Notes under the pieces: generated by a model
The model's input: only the letters and a program-made list of their open reading frames with translations
Databases searched by the model: none
Told to the model about the DNA's origin: nothing
Position numbers and translations under genes: made by a program
Shown: positions 1 through 13,109 of the stretch, piece by piece
How positions within the stretch are numbered: position 1 is the first letter of the stretch
How the letters are laid out: each line of letters opens with the position of its first letter
Source: the human T2T-CHM13v2.0 reference genome, Homo sapiens
Assembly: GCF_009914755.1 (NCBI RefSeq)
Contig: NC_060927.1
DNA: 64,000 bases
Strand: one strand, 5' to 3'

Positions 1-19
1 GCAATAAATCATCCCGTAC

Positions 20-57
20 CTGCAGAGCCAAATGTGGTGTACTGAGTTTCCTCCATC
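20..57 (-). other. Candidate 38-nt exon of an unidentified minus-strand transcript
   Basis: Minus strand reads cctttactttatcag|GATGGAGGAAACTCAGTACACCACATTTGGCTCTGCAG|gtacgg: pyrimidine tract plus AG, and a CAG|GT donor. Open in all three frames; contains ATG (MEETQYTTFGSA). Splice signals only. Confidence 0.35.
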
Positions 58-460
58 CTGATAAAGTAAAGGATGACATAGGGAAATGATGGCTACCAGT
101 AGTTGACAAATACTAAGCGATTGACATCTTGCCTGGTGCCATTGACAGCTGATTTTTTCTCTAGGGAACCCTAACTAAGGTTGGCAATTAAAACTGGTGA
201 AAAGCAATGGAACTTGGGAGACCCTGTCCCCAAACTCCTCCTTCTTCTCTTTCCTTTGTGGGCACACTATAGAGGTTAAAAAGATCCTTACTTTATGTTA
301 GGAGGTACATTGTGAACAAACATAGTGTACTTGTCATGATCAAAACTTGTAACACACAAGTTTTCTGAACTTCACTGGAAGGTTATACGCTATTAAGTCA
401 TATCCATACTGGCTTGTAAGCGTGATAAATATGCACATTTATCAGGTGCAAGCTAATAAA

Positions 461-757
461 AAGTTTTCCAAATAGGAGTTGCAACCTGTGATGGAATTAA
501 TACAGAGAGTTATTCAGTTTTCAAATAATGGAATGGAATGAAGTAGAATACAATGTAATGAAAAGAATACAATAGAATAGAGTATAATAGAAATCCCAAG
601 TAGAAAGGCTATGTATTATTTTGTAAAACTGTTGTTTCAGTTATTTATTTGTATTGGGAGGGATGTGGATGTACGTGTGAATATGCACAAATACAGTGGG
701 TCACAATATAAAATACATTTCTTACTATGAATTCTGCTATGCAATTTGAAATCTACT
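461..757 (+). mobile_element. Old hAT-Charlie-type MER DNA transposon with internal (GAATA/GGAAT)n-like tract
   Basis: The 3' end gggtcacaatataaaatacatttcttactatg...tttgaaatctactg resembles hAT-Charlie MER termini; pentamer-like tract at ~529-594. Subfamily uncertain. Confidence 0.5.
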
Positions 758-2366
758 GTCGTAAGATATTATCAGGGTCTCCAAATTAACAGGTTGTCTC
801 TGAGCCTATGCAACACTAAACAGCTGTGGGAATAAAGAAATCATCAAACATCAGATGTTTCTAAGACATTTGGACACTTAACAGCATGTTGACAAAACAT
901 CTGAATGTCTAATTGTCTACTCCTCTTCTCTTCTAGATGTTTACTTTAATAAAACATAGCCATGAGTTGTGGCTCAGAGGTGTCAATCCTAACAACAATT
1001 TCATTTATATTCTTAAATTACAAAGTATGCTCATCAAATATCCTAAACTATTAAATGATTTTATTCCTGCAAGTAAAAGAGAATAAAACATGAATTAAAA
1101 GAAAAATTTTAGCAAATGAATTTGTTAAAGTCAAAGAGAAGTTCAATGCACATATAACCACAAGTTAAACTAATATGTGCAATGGAATATCATTTATAAA
1201 TGAAGCTAATACTCTGATGTGCAAGATACAGAAACTGAGGAGAAATTACTTGATTCCTCTCAGTATCCGTTACATTTTATCATAGCAGTGTCTAGTTGTA
1301 GTCTTTCCCATATTAAGCTATATGAAACCATGTCAATGTACGACTTAAGATCACCCTGAGTTCTAGAGAAGGACATACTGAGAAGTGAGTTCATTGCTAA
1401 TGATTTGACAAATCACTGGTGGAGAACTGTTTTTCTGCCTGAAAATTTCTTTTGGTATGTAATAATTTCAACAAAGAAGCAGGCTATTAATGGAAAAAAT
1501 AAATATTCTCAAAAAGTCATTGTCTAAGTTTTAATGGTGCTTTCCTTCAAAATTCCTAATAAAATTTGGAAAGACAATAAAACTTCTTTTCCTTCTGATT
1601 CTCATGAATTCAGCCTGTAATCTAGTGAAATTGCAATTTATTAAATAAGGTGTCATAAATAATTTGTGAATATTGAATCAATAAGAGAATAACTTCTCTG
1701 CTCAGGCCCTGTGGTACAGATTGTATGCATTTCTTTTTCCTAGTGGTTCAAAGTGATTGTGAGAAGAGGTTGCACTGTCCTAGGAATTCCCACTGGCATT
1801 CTAGAACAAATCAGTGAAGCAAGCATGATGCTCAGCAAAGAACACATTTGACTAATTTAGAAGTTTCATCTTGGAGACTCTTGTTAAGCTACGTCTCTTG
1901 ATAAGCTGTGAAATGCCAGAACTGAACAAATACAAAAACAAGAACAACAAGAAAAGTGAAGTAGTCACCACTGCTGTCTAAGCCTGATTTTTAGACCTAG
2001 ATACAAAAACAAAACTGAAGAATGTAGGATGAATCATAAAATTTCTGCCTGAATTTTTTGCGTGTGTGATTAATAAGGCTAGACTTAAATATTCTAGGTA
2101 ATTGGGTATTTGTGAAATTTTGCACACTAATCTTGTCAAGATACAGCCCAGTAGTTCTTGGAACACAGTATGTTGCCCTGTTCAGAATAGATGTTCGATA
2201 TGAGTTGACCTACCAGTTTCCATATACAAACCATTCTAGATCTTCTGGTTGGTTGTACCAGTTACCACTATGAAAGAAATGTGTGATTCATGGGGGGAAA
2301 ACTTCTTGAAACAATGCTATTCAACACCAAGAGAAATACTGGAGTGCTTTAAAAAAATAACCTGTG

Positions 2367-2655
2367 AGTTGGGCACAGTGGCTCATGCCTGTAATCCCAG
2401 CACTTTGGGAGGCCGAGGTGGGCAGATCACGAGGTCAGGAGTTCGAGACCAGCCTGACCAATATGGAGAAACCCCGTCTCTACTAAAAATACACAAAAAA
2501 TTAGCTGGGTGTCATGGTGCGTGCCTATAATCCCAGCTACTCAGGAGGCTGAGGCAGAAGAGTCACTTGAACCTGGGAGGCGGAGCTTGCAGTGAACCGA
2601 GATCACGCCACCGCGCTCCAGCCTGAGAGACAGAGCAAGACTCTGTCTCAAAAAA

Positions 2656-2692
<37 letters not shown>
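2367..2692 (+). mobile_element. AluS element with (TAAA)n tail and 15-bp TSD
   Basis: Full dimeric Alu (gggcacagtggctcatgcctgtaatcccagcactttggg...gactctgtctc). TSD aaaataa(c/t)ctgtgag at 2354-2368 and 2693-2707. Confidence 0.97.
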
Positions 2693-2694
<2 letters not shown>

Positions 2695-3482
2695 AATAAT
2701 CTGTGAGTAGAATTTCTACGGAGATGGGAAAACAAATACAAACAAAATAAGAGTTTCTGGCTGAGGCAAAGCAGACATTGGGTAAACATTTTCAAGAAAA
2801 AAAAAATGCAGAGAAACTGCTACTAATGGCGCTCATGTGCTTCTTCATCCATTGCTTGGGAGTTCTCTCTAGAGTCCAGCCCCGTAGTTTATCCATGCCC
2901 CACGGCTATTGTATAAGGAGGGTTTTATTGCGATTTCTGTGTAAATAAAATAAATCTTAAGAGGGATGAGTAAGCTTGTGTTCTAATGAACATTTAGGTC
3001 AATTTTTATTCAATCTGGACTGGTTCTTCTATTTCTTTAACAAAAATGAAAAAGAGAGAAGAGAAAAAAAAATTAACTGAGTAGAAAAACACGGGATAGA
3101 TAAAGCTTGGCAGTATCCCAAGTGGCAGTATTTTCTATAGAACAATTCTATCTCATGTGATACTCTCCAAGCTATTTTATTATCTGTACTAAAAAGCCAG
3201 CAAAGGCAGCTGCTGCTCCTCAGACCTTGGCATTCTCTGTGCAGCCTCCCAGCTCCACACCACCCTGCTGCAGGCCACAGGCAGAACTGAGCATGTCCAG
3301 AAATTTTCCACTGACCTGGAACATATTCGGCATCTCAGAAGGCAGCTCAGTCTCTATGCACAACTGCACCATAGTCCGTGGGTATAGACCACTTTCCTCA
3401 TCCAGGAAGAGACAAGAAATGAGTACAAACTTCTCAATTTGTTTTGTCAAATTTGCTCCTAGACTAATCTGAAAATACTTAC

Positions 3483-3544
3483 ATTGTAAATTTTCTCTCT
3501 AAATTTTATCTCTGATATATTAATAAACAACCAACCTCAGATAT
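3483..3544 (-). other. Candidate 62-nt non-coding exon (minus strand)
   Basis: Acceptor ctttttattctccctgtag|ATATC and donor AAT|GTAAGT; stop codons in all three frames, so UTR or lncRNA if real. Confidence 0.4.
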
Positions 3545-5150
3545 CTACAGGGAGAATAAAAAGTTTGACAACTAAAAAACTCACACACACAGCGCCATGC
3601 AAAGGGATATGTACTCAGACCTTGCACATTGATAATGTTTTATTTCATTGTTGAAAATAGAACTTGACTTGTCTGATTCAACATGGCAGGCAAAGCTATC
3701 CCAGTAGGGATAGCTTCAGAGGAGATTTGTGATTTGTATCAGCTTTCTAAACACGATTCCAAATGACTTATCTTGTGAACCACTGTCACATACTTAGGCT
3801 AAATTCCATAGGAAACTGGCCCTGACATGCTTTAGGCGAAAGTTAATTCTTCATGATACAAAGAGTTAAAGGCAAGTCCTAGTCAATAGAATGGGACTGG
3901 TTGCAAACACCAATAGACCTCTGCGTTTCTATAAAAGACAACAGCTTCCACTTGCCATTCTTCTTCTTATCTCTTCTTCCTCACTTCCACCAAAATTTGC
4001 AGCTGTTGAAGCCCAGTCAATTATGACAAGGGCAGATGCCAAGAACAACAACAGCAAAAATATGTTAATGACGCTCTCAACACTGCCAGTTCTTCAATTC
4101 CATTCAATTATCTGTACTTTTCCTCCTGATTTCCATGACTTCAGGACGTTATCAAGTGCTCCATAATTAATCAGGCACCAAGCTAGACTGTGCTAATGAG
4201 ACTCTGTTTACAGCACCCCTCCCCCAAGCTGTTCTCCACCCCTAATCCTCATTCCTACTGTATAATGCCTCTTTCTCTTTTTCCTTCCTACAGAGGCCTT
4301 GGGGCTTTTGAAATGATTCCAACAGAAAGAAGAGCTTATCCTGATAGGTTTTAAGGAGAATTAACATATAAGCAATGCCAGTTTCCCACTAGTTATCCAT
4401 CATTGCTCACTTAAAGATAGGAACTTGTTCTGTTCATAGTGAGTGACTCATAAATCCACTGCCTTTCACTCTTCTCCTTCCCATCTTCTCAATCCCACCC
4501 GCTTCACTTGAAGTTCTATCTGTAATTCACAGTCCCATAACTATTCCCCTTATTTTTATTCAGCCCTGGGCTATTTTTCTTTTCTTTGCCGGTTCCTCAT
4601 GCTCACACATTTGTAATTATTCATTCCACTTTCCCCTTCCTTTTAATCCAGCTATACAGTATTTTCTATTTTATCTAGATGAAAATTTTTGAGGATTTGT
4701 AGTTCCTCTTTCTTAGCTTTTTGTAGAAGTTTTCCTGTATTCAGTCTTCTGGTAATGTTCTCTCTTTCTTTACAATAACAATTCTTTTTATTTTTTAAAA
4801 TTTTGTCTGTTAGGGTTCTTATCTCTAATTCCTTTTTCTGGCTAGAGTAGCCATGAATAGAGACTACTGTTTTGAAAAAAGCTGTCTTCTACATCATTCA
4901 TGGACTCTGGTAGTTAGTCACTGCCTCTGCCTTCTGTTTCTGAAGATGGAATATCTTTACTAAACACATAACCCTCAATAAGTAGCCTGATCATAATTAA
5001 AGTAGGATCTTGCTTTCTCATTCTTTTTTCCAGATGCTCTCAGAACTGAAACAACAAACTCTTACAGATATAGAAAAGGCTATTCAAATACTACATTTTC
5101 ACTATCTCTTTATTGTCAATTTTTTAAAAAGTCATTATCTCTCACTATAT

Positions 5151-5723
5151 TGTAAAAATAAATAATTCAAAATAAAGCTGTTGGAACTTTAAATTATTTT
5201 GTGCCTTAAAATGTGATTGTGAGGGCTGAGTCACAAAGCAAGCAGCAGCCACTGTTGCTTCTTTGATTACAGATTAACCTTCTTTCTGATATTTGTTTCT
5301 TTGTAAAATGTGAAAGACTGAATGGCACCAGAGATCAGACCCCCTTCTTTTCAGTTACTGATCTTTTGTTATAGATAAACTTCCTTCATATCTTTTCTTG
5401 TACCTGACTCAGACCAGATGGCACGAAAGTTCCCATGACTATTAAATCATTTGGGATGCAATGTTAAATATACCTTTCCCCAAAAGGAACAGACTGTAAC
5501 CAATCAAACTGCTGTAACTCATGAACCAGCCTTGTATACACAATGTTGTAATCCTGCTAAACTTCTTTGTTTCTGCCTATGTAAGTGAGACTTTTACTTT
5601 GCTTCAGAGCACTGATCCCATTTCTTTGGAATTGGTGTTTCCAGAGTGGCTAGTCTAAAACTCTTTGCTTGAATAAACTCTTTAAAATTGGATTCCGATA
5701 GCTTCAAGTATTTCAGTTTGACA
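5151..5723 (+). mobile_element. Solo LTR, ERV1 class (MER4-group-like)
   Basis: TG...CA termini (tgtaaaaata...tttgaca), AATAAA at 5672-5677, near-matching 4-bp flanks atat/ataa; internal sequence typical of ERV1 LTRs. Confidence 0.75.
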
Positions 5724-5759
5724 ATAATAAGGTATCTGAAAATAAGTTTACCCTTAGTA

Positions 5760-5880
5760 CAATCTTCTCACTAGAAGAATAAGGAAACAGACCAAAAGAA
5801 AAGTGAAGAGCCCATTCTAAAGTCACCTGGTTTTGAGTGATGTAGTTAAGATTTCAACCATATGTTCTTGAATCCAATTA
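5760..5880. mobile_element. MIR fragment
   Basis: Degenerate MIR core (aaggaaacagacc...aagtcacctggttttgagtgatgtagttaagatttcaacc). Confidence 0.5.
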
Positions 5881-6489
5881 TAGGGCTTTTTAATTACATT
5901 CTGGGATTCCACTGTCTGCATAGAATAAATTGTCCCCAAAGCTTCATGTCAACTCTTAGCTGTCTCCCTTCCATATAGGTTATCATATGGAGCCTCATTT
6001 AAGAGATTTAGAACAAAAAAGAAATTCAGTTCTCTCTACCAAAACACCTATTTTTTTAAGTGGCCAAAAATATGGTCACTGGTCTGCTAATCAAAACAAG
6101 TCCCAACACAATCTAATATGAACAATCTAACATATTCCTGTCTTTCACAGTCTATGTAATTCTAATATGGAAACCATCTTTAAACTTATATGAAAAGAAA
6201 AAGCAGAGAAACCATTCCAAAATCATCAATTTTTATATTCCAATTGGAATATAGCTTAGTTATAAGTTTAGGGAGTGTCTGAATATTGATTTTTTTCTTG
6301 AGCTCATTAACTAATTTTCTTAAGATTGGAACTTCTCAAACCCTAAAAAAAAAACTAAAACTATAATGTAAACCCTAATAATTATATGTGTTTCTTTATG
6401 GATACAGTAGGGCATCTTCATAGGCAGATAACTGAGGTGTCTTGGGAAGAGGAAAACACAAATCAAATATCCTAGACAGAAACAAATAT

Positions 6490-7500
6490 TGATTGATGAA
6501 TAGAAGTTCTTTATTTTAGTGTAGCAGTCCAATTTTTCAATTATTTCTTTATGATTAGCACTTTTTTGTTCTATTTAGGGAATCTTTGCCTTAAAGATGT
6601 CCTACTATTTTACAATACATACTTTGATATATAATCCATCTGAAATTGATGTTAGTGTATAATGTAAAGTATAATTGCCAAAGAACTCATATCCAAAGCA
6701 TGTAAAAGATTCCTAGAAATAAATAAGAAAACGCAGACAATATAAAAACAGACAGGAAACTTCAGCAGTTACTTTGTAAAAGGGGATATTCAAATAGTGA
6801 TATCACATAAAGTACTCAAATTCTCTAGTTATCAGAAAAATTCAAATTAAAACCACAAGGTGATACCACCAAACATCCACCAAAATGTCTAAAATAAAAG
6901 ACAAATACTTCAAATGTTGGCAAGGACATAGAACACCTGATACGTCTTATACATGCTGGAGGGAGTATAAATTTGTATAATCTCACTAAAAAGCTGTCAA
7001 TAACAACTCAATTTCAACATATCAGCCCTGCAGTTTTGCTCTTTTACCAATGGTCATACATACACAGATTAAACAAAATACATGTATAAGAATGTATGGA
7101 GAAAATATATTCATAACAATATTTAACTAGAAATAACCCAAAGGTACATCTACAGTTTCTAAACAAATATAGTATACTTCTACAATGAAATACTATTGAA
7201 CAATGATATATACAACTGGATTAATTATTCCTACCAACGAAATATTTAGCAAAAGAATCCAGAAACAAAGAGTTAATATCATATAATCTCACGTATATAA
7301 ATTTTTGAAGCAGACAAAACAAATCCATGCTGCTACAGAGTGCTTATTCTTGGTGTCTGTGGGGGTACAGTGGCATAGGGTAACTTCTGGGAAATGATAT
7401 TGTCCCATTTGTTGATCTGGGTGATAGTTACTTATACACTTGTAATTTATGAACTATTCATACCCATTTTGTACTGAAACTAAAAATAATAATAAAATGC
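6490..7500. mobile_element. Old L1M (L1ME-like) fragments: antisense piece then sense 3' end
   Basis: Degenerate ORF2/3'UTR motifs (caaattaaaaccacaaggtgataccac, aaatgttggcaaggacatagaac, gatctgggtgatagttac). Confidence 0.7.
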
Positions 7501-7614
7501 AGATTCTACTCTGGCCTTAGTGAAAATCATATATGAGAGAAAACATATTTCATCAGAAACTGGTTCTAATATTATTATTTGAAGCCTGAAGAATAAAAAG
7601 TGAAGATACAATAT

Positions 7615-8445
7615 TGCGATTTATAATCAAATATACATAATTGGTCTTCATGTCTATTTTCTGGCACACAGCTCCTAAAACCTCTGGAATCTCCAAACTG
7701 ACAAGTGCCATTTTGTGTGCCAATAAGAAGACTGATGGCTGGGGACTTCTGGACAGCCTCAGGATGGTAGCTGGTTGCCAGGAGAACCAATCCTGTAATT
7801 AGAGGGTTGGAACTTTCAGCCACACTCCCAAACAACTGGGAGGGAAAGAAAGGCTAAAGAATGAGTTAATCACCAATAGCCAATGATGTAATAAGTCATG
7901 CCTACATAATGAAACCTACTTCAAAGTCCAAAACTGCATGATTTGGAGAGTTCTGGGATAGTTGAATGCGTAGAGGTGCCTGGAGGGTAGTGTGCCTGGA
8001 GAGGGCATGGAAGCTTTGTGCCTCCTCCCACATTCTTTGCCCTATGCATCTCTCCATCTGGCTGGTCAGCTGTATCCTTTGTAAAATCCTTTATAATAAG
8101 TGGGTAAATGTAAGTAAAGTATTCCCCTGAGTACTGTGAACCACTCTAGCAAATTAAACAAACCCGAGGAGGAGGTCATGGGAACCCCAATTTACAGCAA
8201 GTCAGTCAGAAACACAGGTCACAACCTGGGACTTGCGATTGCCATCTGAAGTGGAGATGGTCCTGTGGGACTGAGGACTTAATCTGCCAGATCTGATGCT
8301 ATCTCTAGGTAGATAGTGCCAGAAGTGGGTCAAATTGTAAAACGTCCATCAGGTATCTGCAACAGAATTGGTTGTTTGGTATGTTGGGGGTGAGGGGGAA
8401 TACATTTTGGTGACTGGAGGTGGGTGCCTGAGTATGAGTAAAGGA
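7615..8445. mobile_element. MER21-family LTR
   Basis: Characteristic MER21 text (ttggtcttc...ctggcacacagctcctaaaacctctggaatctcc; tagagggttggaactttcagcc; cacaggtcacaacctgggacttgcgattg). Confidence 0.8.
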
Positions 8446-8919
8446 TTTCCTTTAGAGAAGAAAAAATTACAAAAATAAAATCACCAAATGGAATTTTTTG
8501 AACACCTACTATGTGTATGTTCATAAATAATGAAGTAAAAACAGATGCTGACCTCAAGGGAAAGAGGATCTAGATAAGACTTCTGAGGCTCTGAGACAGG
8601 GTCTCCTAGAGAAAGAATGAACAAAAATAGGAAATATAAGTGAAAGGCAGTTTTTGAGTACTGTTTTGGATACCTTCCAACTGAGATGACAGGAAAACAT
8701 GCAAGTGGAAATATTCAGGATACATTTAGTATTATGGGACAAGACAAAGACGTAAGTCAGGACAAGGATCATGAATCTGGAAATCACCTAAACGGAGGAG
8801 AGAGTGCTTTGGGAAGAAATTGAAGAATACCAGGCTGAGAACCAAACTTGGCATATACGGACACTTAGTAGGTAAAAGAGGTTCCCAAATATCCTGTCTC
8901 TCTGTTGCGTATTAAACGG

Positions 8920-9289
8920 TACTGCATTTTGCTGCCATTTTCCAGTTAGAAGTGACCAAGCAATTTGATTTGGCCAGTGAAATGTGAACAGCATTCATGT
9001 GTGTCACATTTGGGTGGAAGCTCTAAGAAACAGTATAGGACTTGCCAAAATCCTTTCCTACTACCTTAGTGATTGTGGAGATAGTGGAAGTTTGTGGTGA
9101 TTGCAAATAAGATGGATGCTCCAACAACCTGAGTTCTGGAGTGTTTGCTATGTGCACCGTGCCCCAATCCCTAACCTATGCTAAACATGTAGCATGAATG
9201 CAAAATAACATTTTCATTGTGTTAAGCCTCAATGAACTTTCAGATTTGTTTGCTTCCACAATTTAACCTAGGCTAACTTGACTAATGTA
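8920..9289 (+). mobile_element. MLT1-family (MaLR) LTR inserted in L2 remnants
   Basis: MLT1 3' end ...cattgtgttaagcc...gatttgtttg...ttgactaatgta. Confidence 0.65.
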
Positions 9290-9697
9290 GGGATTTTTTT
9301 TAGAAACAAGGGATAATCAATGCTGGCATATGTTGCAGAGAGATCTAAAAGGCTATGAGGATGGGGAAAATGTACATTGGCTTTGATGAGTAATATGTTA
9401 GCATCGATCTAAAAGGAAGAAGTTTTAGATGAGTATAAAAGACAAAATACAGACTTCAGGATCTAAGGAGAAGATGGGTATTAAGGAAGCAAAGGAAACA
9501 ATGTAGACCACTCATATAATAAATGTGGTAATTACAAGAACACTAATAGTTAGAGAAAAAGTAAGGGTCATTTGCCTCTCTTTCTTGTGGGTCTCTCCTG
9601 CTTTATAAAGCAGAGACCAGTATTATGATTCAGTCTTTTTTTTCCTACACTCAGGTGGCTGAGCACTGCTGAGAAAAATCAAGTAATCACATGGTCA

Positions 9698-10066
<369 letters not shown>

Positions 10067-11134
10067 TAGTTTCCTCTCCCATTTCCACAACAACTCTTGC
10101 AAACCTTAGACATTCTTCCCTAGCCTAGCCTCATACTGAACTCTGCTCCATGAAGTCTCAGCAAAGCATCTGGCCTCTTAAATCTTCAAGAGCACTAAGG
10201 CTATAAGGTATACTCTTCTATATATTTATACTCTTCTATATATTCCACTTGCCCCCTTCTACTAAGTTAAATTTACCCACACCCTTCCTTATGCCCTTTC
10301 TCCCTGTCTCAGATGTTGAGGCTTCCACGCTTCTGGCCAGGCATTCCCTTCATCTAAACCATTTTGTACTGCCTCTTCTGGGACCTTGCTCTACTAAGCA
10401 GTCCTCTTCCCATTGCATTCAGTTGCTTACTCTCTACTGTTTCCTTCTTCCTGTAGTTTATAAATATGCCATAAACCCTACCTTGAAATTAAATCTCCCT
10501 ATAGCAGCTACCACCTAATCTCTATCTCATCCACAGAAGAGAAGCAGGCTCACTACTAAACCCACTATAATCTCACATCTATCATTCTACTACAGACTGT
10601 TCTTACTAGGATCACTAAAGACCAAATAAATGTCTACTAGATGTATATTATTAAGCCTCTATATTATTCTTAACTGCAGTTGAAACTGCTGACTTCTTCC
10701 TTTGTGAAACTCTCCAGTCTCCTGGTGTCTGTGATTCTACGCTTTCCTCATCTTACCCTGTCTCCGTTGTACTTCTCTCTTCTTCCCAACACCCTTGAAA
10801 TGCTGATTATCTCTAGGGTTCTCTCCTTGGCCCACTCTTTTTCTCACTGAGCAATGTACCAGAGTTATCTCATTTGTCTGCATTATTTCAACGTTACCTA
10901 TATGCTGATGACTTCCAAATTTAAATCTCCTGTCCAAACTTCCTTGAGCTTGAAATTGATAATCACCTGTAGAGAATATCCTATAGAGACTTTAAAGACA
11001 ATATGTCCAGAATTAAGTCTTTTTTACATCCTAAACCCATGCATTTAACTATATTCTCTCAATTGATGGAATTACCACGTAGCCATTGAGCCAAGACAAA
11101 AATGTGGGAGTGATCCCAGTTTCTTTCCAACTTT

Positions 11135-11683
11135 GGTAGAATATATTGTTGTCCTGCTTTTATTCCTGCTGCCTTACCATTTCAGTGCATGCTGGCTTGA
11201 CTTGCTAATGCCATTATCTGCATCTCTCTACATAGCAGAGCAAGAAGTGCCAGGGAATTAACCTCCCTTTTCTTTGACCCATGACTGAGAGTAGGCTTAT
11301 AAACATCCTGCCTCCATTCCCCTTAGGTGGGATGTGTTTACATATAAGACATGTTTTTAATAATTTCAACATTTATTTTAGATTCAGGAGGTAGACACGC
11401 AAGTTTGTTACATAAGCATATTGCGTGATGCTGAGGTTTGGGGTGTAACTGATCCCATCATCTAGATAGTGAGTACAGTGTTCTCTACTGCCTTAGCAAG
11501 TTCCTCAGCAGGATTAAGTGCCAGTTGCCCACACTGGTAATTTGCTTGAAAATATGCCGTTTATTTGCTGAATTTCCTCCTCTGTTTTACTTTCTTATTT
11601 TTTGTGCTTGCATTTTCTTCCTTTCCAAACCAAATTACTTAAATTCTGATCTCAGGTTCTGCTTCTAAAAAAACCCAAAGACA
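11135..11683 (+). mobile_element. LTR16-family (ERVL) LTR with a nested L1 3' fragment
   Basis: LTR16-like motifs (cccttaggtgggat, ccagttgcccacactggtaa, ctcaggttctgcttct...acccaaagaca). Confidence 0.6.
11352..11478 (-). mobile_element. Short L1PA/L1PB 3'-end fragment, antisense
   Basis: tttagattcaggaggtagacacgcaagtttgttacataagcatattgcgtgatgctgaggtttgggg matches the reverse complement of an old primate L1 3' terminus. Confidence 0.75.
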
Positions 11684-12109
11684 CCAGCGTTTAAGTGAAT
11701 ATGTAATCAAACACTTGATTTGAGTTGGTAACTGTGTCCCAATTCCATTCACATCATTTCCACCATTTTGTACTTTCCTCATTTATTGCCTGGGCTATTC
11801 TAAAGGCCTCCTATTCATTCCTCTGTTTCTAAGCCTGTCTACCTCAAATCCATCCTCTACACTGCTGAAAGAGTGAGGTATTTATAAAGCAGTCCTCCTG
11901 TGTCTCTGTTGGCTGAAACCTTTCAATATCTCCCATCACCTACAAGATACAGCTCAAACACTCATGATGAAATTAATATTAATTAAGATCTAGTCCTACC
12001 TACATTTTTAGCCTTGTTTATCCTACTTCTCCATGTTTTATTCCAGCAACACCAATTGAATTGATATCTCACTCTCTCTCACCTCAGTGTTATCCCATCT
12101 CTCTAGATA

Positions 12110-12199
12110 ACCAGATCTCACCTCTCTCCTATCCTATCCTATCTAGAAAGTTTCACCAGATCTCACCTCTCTCCTATCCTATCCTATCTAGAAAGTTTC
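12110..12199 (+). repeat. Perfect 2 x 45-bp tandem duplication at the L1 5' junction
   Basis: accagatctcacctctctcctatcctatcctatctagaaagtttc at 12110-12154 and 12155-12199. Confidence 0.95.
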
Positions 12200-13093
12200 A
12201 AACAAACAACCCCATCAACAAGTGGGCAAAGGATATGAACAGACATTTCTCAAAAGAAGACATATATGCAGCCAACAGACACATGAAAAAATGCTCATCA
12301 TCACTGGCCATCAGAGAAATGCAAATCAAAACCACAATGAGATACCATCTCACACCAGTTAGAATGGTGATCATTAAAAAGTCAGGAAAAAACAGGTGCT
12401 GGAGAGGATGTGGAGAAATAGGAACACTTTTACACTGTTGGTGGGACTGTAAGCTAGTTCAACCATTGTGGAAGACAGTGTGGCGATTCCTCAGGGATCT
12501 AGAAGTAGAAATACCATTTGACCCAGCCATCCCATTACTGGGTATATACCCAAAGGATTATAAATTATGCTGCTATAAAGACACATGCACATGTATGTTT
12601 ATTGTGGCACTATTCACAATAGCAAAGACTTGGAACCAACCCAAATGTCCATCAATGATAGACTGGATTAAGAAAATGTGGCGCATTTTCTTAATGGAAA
12701 ATGTGAATTTTATGGAATTCACCATGGAATACTATGCAGCCATAAAAAGGATGAGTTCATGTCCTTTGTAGGGACATGGATGAAGCTGGAAACCATCATT
12801 CTCAGCAAACTATCACAAGGACAAAAAATCAAACACCGCATGTTCTCACTCATAGGTGGGAATTGAACAATGAGAACACTTGGACACAGGAAGGGGAACA
12901 TCACACACCAGGGCCTGTTGTGGGGTTGGGGGGAGTGGGGAGGGATAGCATTAGGAGATATACCTAATGTAAATGATGATTTAATGGGTGCAGCACACCA
13001 ACATGGCACATGTATACATATGTAGCAAACCTGCATGTTGTGGACATGTACCCTAGAACTTAAAGTATAATAAAATATATATATATATATAAA
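12200..13093 (+). mobile_element. 5'-truncated L1PA (L1PA3-5-like): ORF2 C-terminus plus 3'UTR
   Basis: Translates as L1 ORF2 C-terminus ([15 protein letters not shown]...[25 protein letters not shown]...MEYYAAIK); G-rich 3'UTR; A/(TA) tail; TSD agaaagtttc at 12190-12199 and 13094-13103. Confidence 0.97.
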
Positions 13094-13109
13094 AGAAAGT
13101 TTCCCTAAC

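Noticed and set aside
2249-2795. Alu-overlapping ORFs here and at 32258-32558 and 43615-43956
   Set aside because: Typical Alu-derived translations.
3220-3472. Overlapping ORFs on both strands in a GC-richer patch
   Set aside because: Non-ATG starts, no recognisable homology, no convincing acceptor for the CAG|GTCAGT donor.
3693-3716. Perfect 10-bp hairpin AAGCTATCCC-AGTA-GGGATAGCTT
   Set aside because: About one such stem is expected by chance in 64 kb; no other support.
12061-12771. Longest ORF (236 aa)
   Set aside because: TTG start in flanking DNA read into the truncated L1 ORF2 C-terminus; not a gene.
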